From: Thermodesulfobacterium commune DSM 2178
Lineage (GTDB): Bacteria; Desulfobacterota; Thermodesulfobacteria; Thermodesulfobacteriales; Thermodesulfobacteriaceae
Reading direction: 5' to 3'
DNA length: 32,000 nucleotides
Assembly: GCF_000734015.1 (NCBI RefSeq)
Contig: NZ_CP008796.1
Span: 1,200,001 to 1,232,000, forward strand
Numbering within the stretch: position 1 is the first letter of the stretch; each line of letters opens with the position of its first letter. Both the position numbers and the translations under genes were made by a program. Below the pieces are notes generated by a model. The model was not told the DNA's origin, searched no databases, and saw only the letters and a list, made by a program, of their open reading frames with translations. Below are positions 26,644-32,000 of this stretch, piece after piece.

Positions 26644-29214
26644 TTATTTTAACTCCTTTTTAATCTCCCACAAAAAGTTCAGAGCTTCAACAGGAGTTAT
26701 CTCTTCTATGTTTAAATTTCTTATCTTTTGAAGCACAGGATGTTCTCGGTCAAAAATAGACAACTGAGTAACCCTCTTTGAAGCTATCTTTGTTTCACTT
26801 GGTTCCTTAAGATTTTTTCTCTCTAATTTATAAAGTATTTCTTTAGCTCTGTCAACCACCTCTTGAGGAATTCCAGCCAACTTTGCCACCTCTATACCAT
26901 GAGACTTGTTAGCTGCCCCTGGTAAAACCTTATACATAAAAATAATATCATCTTGCCATTCCTTAACAGCTACATGATAGTTTTTGATTCCCGTATAGAT
27001 TTTACCAAGCTCAGTTAACTCAAAGTAATGGGTTGCAAGCAAGGTAAAAACCTTTTTTTCGTACAAATTTTCTGCTATAGCCCATGCAATGGACATACCA
27101 TCATAGGTGCTAGTTCCTCTTCCCACCTCATCAAGAACCACCAGGCTTTTGCTGGTTGCGTTTTTCAGGATATAGGCACATTCACTCATCTCTACCATAA
27201 AGGTACTTTTACCTCGAGCAAGTTCATCCCCAGCCCCTATCCTGGTAAAAACCTTATCAAAAACCCCAAGCCTTGCATACTTTGCAGGGACAAAGCTTCC
27301 CATCTGAGCCATGATGACGATAAGGGCTGTTTGCCTAAGATAAGTAGACTTTCCTCCCATGTTAGGACCGGTAATCACCAAAAGAACAGCCTCATCCTTT
27401 TTTAACTCTACAGAATTAGGTATAAACCTTTCCTTACCCTGGATTTTTTCTATAACCGGATGTCTTCCTTCTTCTATGTAAAGCCCTTCTTCTTCGGTAA
27501 TCTCAGGACAAACATAGTCGTTTTCTACTGCCACTTTGGCTAAAGAAACAAGCACATCAAGGGTAGCAAGCCCCAGACTGGTTCTTTTTAAATCCTCTTT
27601 ATACTGAGCTACCTCTTCCCTCAACCCTAAAAACAACTCATACTCTAAATTTTTGATTTTTTCCTCGGCGGTGATGATCTTTTGTTCCAGCTCTTTTAGC
27701 TCTGGGGTTACAAACCTTTCTACGTTGGTTAAAGTCTGTTTTCTCTCAAAATAAGGGGGAACAAGCCTAACATTCCCTTTAGATACCTCAAAATAATAAC
27801 CAAAAACCCGGTTATACCCTATCCTTAAGTTAGGAATCCCTGTTTTTTCTCTCTCTTTTCTTTCTATGGCTGAAAGGTAGTCTACGGCATGATCTTTTAG
27901 GTCCCTCAGTTCATCTAAGGTGGGGTCTATCCCTCTTTTTATGATCCCACCGTCTTTTAAAGTATAAGGAGGGTTTTCTACCAAAACCTCACAAAGTCTT
28001 TGATATAACCCAGTAAACTCTCCTAACTGAGAGAGGATGTCTCTTAAAAGTCTTGGAAGTTGATCTATTTCAGAAAAGATCTCTTTTATCTCCGGAAGAT
28101 ACTTTAAACTATCCCTTAAAAGAGCCATCTCTTTAGGATTGATTAGCCTTAGACTACATTTGGTAGAAAGCCTTTCTAAATCAGGTAATTTTTTCAGAAC
28201 CTCTCTAAGGGCATCTCTTAAGTCTGGTTTTTCTACCAAAAAACTTACAGCTTCTTGTCTAAGTTTGATCTGATTAATGTCTCTCAACGGATAAATTATC
28301 CATTCTTTGAGAAGTCTTGCCCCCATCGGGGTGACCGTAGCATCTAACACCCAAAAGAGAGAATATTTTTCAGACCCATCCCAGAGGTTTTTTACCAGTT
28401 CTAAGTTTCTTTTGGTGGCTTCATCCAAAAATAAAAACTCCTCTGGATAGTAAAAAACCGGGGCTTCTATCTTATCTAAAAGATGGGGCTGATAGTTCTG
28501 TAGATAAACTAAGATAGCGTTAGCTGCTTTTAGCCCTTCCTGGTAACGCTCGTAATAGGGAAGTTTAAGAAGGTCTTCTACCTGGGTTAAACCAAAAGCT
28601 CTTTTGTCTAAAAAACTTAGATGTACCTTAGGAAGACTACCTTTGATAAGAGAGATCCATTCAGACTCAGCAAACTCCTCTAAACAAAGGATTTCTCTTG
28701 GTTCACGTTTTAACAGTTCAGACAAAAAGGTTTCTCTGTTTACCTCGGTAAAGATAAACTCGCCGCAGGAAAGCTCTAAAAAGGCAAGTCCTGCTTTTTT
28801 ATCTAAGTAGAGGCTTGCAAGATAGGTTTTACTTTTTTCTGGAAGTTCTAAGTCTACCATTAAACCAGGAGTATAGATCTTAACTACCTCTCTTTTGACA
28901 AGCCCTTTAGAGGTTGCAGGGTCTTCAACCTGTTCGCAGATAGCAACCTTAAAACCAAGGTCAACCAGCTTCTGGATGTAAAAAAGGGCTTTTTCTACAG
29001 GAACACCACACATCGGGGCAGTAAGCCCCTTTCCTGCCTCTCTTTTGGTTAAAACCAACCCTAAGAGAGGGGCCACTGTCTCTGCATCTTCAAAAAACAT
29101 CTCATAAAAATCCCCAAGCCTGAAAAAAAGTACCGCATCAGGATACTGATGCTTTACCTCAAAATACTGTTTAAACATCGGGGTTATCTCAGCCTTAACA
29201 GAACCTCTCATCAA
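26644..29214 (-). CDS. mutS: DNA mismatch repair protein MutS
   Basis: 856 aa with TPMFKQYFEVK...GDFYE.F, Walker A GPNMGGKSTY and DE.GRGTSTYDG. Confidence 0.95.
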   Translation of the reverse strand: MMRGSVKAEITPMFKQYFEVKHQYPDAVLFFRLGDFYEMFFEDAETVAPLLGLVLTKREAGKGLTAPMCGVPVEKALFYIQKLVDLGFKVAICEQVEDPATSKGLVKREVVKIYTPGLMVDLELPEKSKTYLASLYLDKKAGLAFLELSCGEFIFTEVNRETFLSELLKREPREILCLEEFAESEWISLIKGSLPKVHLSFLDKRAFGLTQVEDLLKLPYYERYQEGLKAANAILVYLQNYQPHLLDKIEAPVFYYPEEFLFLDEATKRNLELVKNLWDGSEKYSLFWVLDATVTPMGARLLKEWIIYPLRDINQIKLRQEAVSFLVEKPDLRDALREVLKKLPDLERLSTKCSLRLINPKEMALLRDSLKYLPEIKEIFSEIDQLPRLLRDILSQLGEFTGLYQRLCEVLVENPPYTLKDGGIIKRGIDPTLDELRDLKDHAVDYLSAIERKEREKTGIPNLRIGYNRVFGYYFEVSKGNVRLVPPYFERKQTLTNVERFVTPELKELEQKIITAEEKIKNLEYELFLGLREEVAQYKEDLKRTSLGLATLDVLVSLAKVAVENDYVCPEITEEEGLYIEEGRHPVIEKIQGKERFIPNSVELKKDEAVLLVITGPNMGGKSTYLRQTALIVIMAQMGSFVPAKYARLGVFDKVFTRIGAGDELARGKSTFMVEMSECAYILKNATSKSLVVLDEVGRGTSTYDGMSIAWAIAENLYEKKVFTLLATHYFELTELGKIYTGIKNYHVAVKEWQDDIIFMYKVLPGAANKSHGIEVAKLAGIPQEVVDRAKEILYKLERKNLKEPSETKIASKRVTQLSIFDREHPVLQKIRNLNIEEITPVEALNFLWEIKKELK

Positions 29215-29221
29215 AAACCTC

Positions 29222-29860
29222 TTATCGATAAAGTTGATGCTCTAAAATATAGGTTAAAACCTCTTCAGGCACAAGGTACCTTACCGAACGACCATGTTTA
29301 ACCAAAAAACGAACCATCGAACTTGAGATGTCTAACGGAGTAACCTCTAAAAGAAATACCCTTTCTTTAGAAAAGTCATCTTCCCAGAGTTGATTTAACT
29401 TTTGTAAAAAAGCCTCTTTTAAAGCCTCAGACCCTTTTAAACCCCTTGAAACCACCACCAGGTTAGTGTATTGCAAAAATTCCTGGTAATTCCACCAGGT
29501 TTCAAACTGATAAAAACTGTCCCAGCCTATTATCAGAAAAAATTCTACCTCAGGGTAAGAGGCATTTAATCTCTTTAGGGTTTTTAAGGTATAAGAAGGT
29601 TTAACGTGTTTTTCTATGTCTAAGGCCTTAAAAAAAGGATTGTCTTTTATCGCTAAGCTTACCATGTTAAACCTGTGGTCAAAAGAAGAGAGAGTTTCTA
29701 CTTTTTTATGAGGAGGATATCCTGCGGGGATAAACCATACTTCCTGTAAACCAAAGGCTTCTCTTACCTCTTCTGCAACCCTTAAATGGGCTAAATGAGG
29801 GGGGTCAAAGGTCCCCCCTAAAATACCGATTTTTTTAGGTTCTAATTTGACCATTACCAA
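29222..29860 (-). CDS. nadD: Nicotinate-nucleotide adenylyltransferase
   Basis: 212 aa with [15 protein letters not shown]...ISSSMVR. Confidence 0.9.
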   Translation of the reverse strand: MVMVKLEPKKIGILGGTFDPPHLAHLRVAEEVREAFGLQEVWFIPAGYPPHKKVETLSSFDHRFNMVSLAIKDNPFFKALDIEKHVKPSYTLKTLKRLNASYPEVEFFLIIGWDSFYQFETWWNYQEFLQYTNLVVVSRGLKGSEALKEAFLQKLNQLWEDDFSKERVFLLEVTPLDISSSMVRFLVKHGRSVRYLVPEEVLTYILEHQLYR

Positions 29861-31103
29861 AGGCTATAAACTTGGTGGTGGTTAGCTCTTCAAGCCCCAT
29901 AGGACCATAGGCATGAATTTTGGTCGTAGAAATACCTATCTCTGCACCTAAACCAAGCTCTCCTCCGTCGTTAAACCTGGTAGAGGCATTCACCAAAACC
30001 AGGCTTGCATCCACCTCTTTGATAAACTTCATAGCCTTAGAATAGTTTTCTGTGACGATGGCTTCGGTATGATTACTTCCGTATTTAGAGATGTGTTCTA
30101 TCGCCTCATCTATATCTTTTACCACCTTTACCGCCAGGATAAGGTCAAGGTACTCGGCATACCAATCTTCTTCAGTGGCTGGTTTAGCCCAGGGAATAAG
30201 TTTTAAGGTTTCAGGGCAACCTCTCAGCTCCACCCCGTATTTTTTGTATTCTTCTGCAAGGTCTGGCAAAAATTTAGGCGCAATCTTTTCATGGACTAAC
30301 AAAGTTTCCATCGCGTTACATACCCCTGGTCTCTGACACTTAGCGTTGATGGCAATCGTTTTAGCCATTTCAAGGTTGGCCTCCTCGTCTACATACACAT
30401 GACAAACCCCTTTATAGTGTTTGATAACAGGCATTCTGGCTTTTTCGGTGACAAACCGGATAAGCCCTTCTCCACCTCTGGGTATGACTAAGTCTATATA
30501 TTCCTCAAGCTCTAACATATACTCCATGGCGGTTCTGTCAGGGGTTGGAATAACCTGCACCGCATCCTCAGGAAGGTTAAACTCTTTTAAAGTTTGTCTA
30601 AAAAGGTCAGCCAGTGCCAAGTTAGAGTTTAGAGCCTCCTTTCCTCCCCTTAAAATTACGGCATTACCACTCTTGAAACAAAGCCCAGCTGCATCTATGG
30701 TAACGTTTGGTCTGCTTTCATAAATGATAGCTATCACCCCTAAAGGAATACGCATCCTTCCTACCATAAGGCCATTAGGTCTTTTCCACATCTTTACCAC
30801 TTCACCTACAGGGTCAGGAAGTTGGGCAACCTCCTCTAACCCCTTAGCCATGGCCTCTATTACCTTATCAGAAAGGGTTAACCTGTCTATAAAAGCCTTG
30901 GTATGTCCTTGCAAAAGGGCCTGGTTTACGTCTTTTTCGTTAACCTTTTTTAATTCTTCCCGGTTTTCTCTTATCTTCTGAGCTACCCGTTTTAGCACCT
31001 CGTTTTTTACCCCAGAAGAAAGAGAAGTAAGAGTTTTAGAGGCAGACTTCGCCTTCTTAGCTATTTCTAAAACTACCTCTTTCAAATCTTTTGGTCCTTC
31101 CAT
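29835..31103 (-). CDS. proA: Gamma-glutamyl phosphate reductase. The start is placed at the second in-frame ATG; the track ORF extends to 31166
   Basis: Aldehyde-dehydrogenase-type ProA core (IYESRPNVT..., [10 protein letters not shown]). ATG 31103 has a GGGGG SD 7 nt upstream, while ATG 31166 has only AT-rich sequence upstream. Confidence 0.88.
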   Translation of the reverse strand: MEGPKDLKEVVLEIAKKAKSASKTLTSLSSGVKNEVLKRVAQKIRENREELKKVNEKDVNQALLQGHTKAFIDRLTLSDKVIEAMAKGLEEVAQLPDPVGEVVKMWKRPNGLMVGRMRIPLGVIAIIYESRPNVTIDAAGLCFKSGNAVILRGGKEALNSNLALADLFRQTLKEFNLPEDAVQVIPTPDRTAMEYMLELEEYIDLVIPRGGEGLIRFVTEKARMPVIKHYKGVCHVYVDEEANLEMAKTIAINAKCQRPGVCNAMETLLVHEKIAPKFLPDLAEEYKKYGVELRGCPETLKLIPWAKPATEEDWYAEYLDLILAVKVVKDIDEAIEHISKYGSNHTEAIVTENYSKAMKFIKEVDASLVLVNASTRFNDGGELGLGAEIGISTTKIHAYGPMGLEELTTTKFIAFGNGQIRT

Positions 31104-31186
31104 CTTAAAACCCCCTTTATCCTCTTTTTTTTTGACGATCTTTTGGTAGTATACATTAGATATCATTTTATATTAAAAGCGCAAAA

Positions 31187-32000
31187 ATGGGAGAGCTTGA
31201 CAGACTATTAAAACTTGCTAAAAAGCCCTTTCCTCCTCTTCCTGCTTTAGTCAAAGAAACCCTTGAAACCTTTTTGTTAAAAGAAGAAAGGGAATTCTTA
31301 AATTTCCTCGATGAAAGGCAAGAACTTAAAAGGTTTATCATAGAGACCACCAATCTTCCTCAGTTTAGGAAAGACAACCCTCCTGTCTCAGATTTAAGGA
31401 AGGCAATCCTGATTTTAGGAGAAGACCTAGTAAAGCTTTTAGTTCTCTCTTTTTTATCCCAAAAGCTTAAAAAAAACACCTTTAACGAATTTAGTTTTGA
31501 CCTTTTTTGGGCAAGGGCAATAGCTAACCTTGGCTTATCTAACCTTTTAACCTCTCATATAGAAAACTACCCAACCCATCTACACGTAGCCTCTTTTTTG
31601 ATGGACTACGGAGTGCTGGTTTTATATCAGGTCTATCCTGAAGGATACTTACAGGTCTTAAAACTTAAAAAATTAGGGAAAACTACCCTGGATGCCGAAA
31701 GAGAAGTTTTTGGGGTTGACCATGCAACCATAGGTGCAGAATACTTTGAAAACTATAATTTCCCAAGAAGGTTTGTGCTTGACCTCTATCATCATCACCG
31801 TATCACCGGCCTTCCTGAAGAAATTCCTCAGGATGTACTTTATGACATAAAAATTTTAAACTTGATAGACTCAGGTATAGGGGCCTATTTTAGCACCAAA
31901 AAAGAACATAAATACCAAAGGTTTCAGGAGGTTTGCCAAGAAGTTTTAAACCTTTCTCAAACAGAGGCGACAGTTTTACTCGATTCCCTTCCTGGATTTA
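31187..32000 (+). CDS. HDOD-domain protein, partial (3' end beyond the window)
   Basis: Hand translation gives MGELDRLLKLAKKPFPPLPALVKETLE...AILILGEDLVKLLVLSF...VFGVDHATIGAEYFENYNFPRRFVLDLYHHHR... The frame is open to the window end. It is absent from the ORF track because no stop is reached. Confidence 0.7.
   Translation, partial: MGELDRLLKLAKKPFPPLPALVKETLETFLLKEEREFLNFLDERQELKRFIIETTNLPQFRKDNPPVSDLRKAILILGEDLVKLLVLSFLSQKLKKNTFNEFSFDLFWARAIANLGLSNLLTSHIENYPTHLHVASFLMDYGVLVLYQVYPEGYLQVLKLKKLGKTTLDAEREVFGVDHATIGAEYFENYNFPRRFVLDLYHHHRITGLPEEIPQDVLYDIKILNLIDSGIGAYFSTKKEHKYQRFQEVCQEVLNLSQTEATVLLDSLPGF

Noticed and set aside
31168-31353. A 61-aa minus-strand ORF.
   Set aside because: It is antisense to the much longer HDOD-type frame, and its sequence is low-complexity and S/L/K-rich.

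Overview
The window comes from a low-GC, very gene-dense bacterial chromosome. The K/E/I-rich proteins and an hcp gene suggest a thermophilic anaerobe, but that is inference only. It has two parts.

(1) nt 1-6758 is an accessory patch next to the 3' end of tRNA-Gln(CUG).
- It holds two 99%-identical copies of a 1339-bp IS256/mutator-family IS. Copy B sits inside a repeat whose uninterrupted twin is also in the window, so the 8-bp target duplication CCCTTACA can be read directly.
- It holds decayed remnants of a second transposase family: R1, R2 and a third copy at about 12.5 kb.
- It holds a cluster of small toxin-antitoxin modules, several visibly broken. These are a DUF2281-type antitoxin with a PIN toxin carrying an in-frame TAA, an apparently intact RelE/ParE pair, a 5'-truncated HEPN/DUF86 toxin behind a DUF2281-like gene with a stop at codon 2, and a gene fragment cut off by R2.

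(2) nt 6759-32000 is housekeeping.
- The genes, in order, are tRNA-Gln, hcp (preceded by a perfect TTGAC-N4-GTCAA palindrome), rfbDBCA, usp, a YbgF/CpoB-like protein, a PurN-like formyltransferase, a dGTPase-like HD protein, recJ, galE and an oxidoreductase.
- An 11-kb co-directional minus-strand array follows: proA-nadD-mutS-(LysM/AMIN amidase)-DUF1343-DHH-obg-proB.
- Three things are absent from the ORF track: the vapC-like pseudogene, a 51-aa sORF with a Shine-Dalgarno sequence (SD) upstream of rfbA, and a partial HDOD gene that runs off the right edge.

I found no CRISPR array, no rRNA, no integrase and no convincing new multi-gene defence system. The most unusual content is the IS/TA decay patch.
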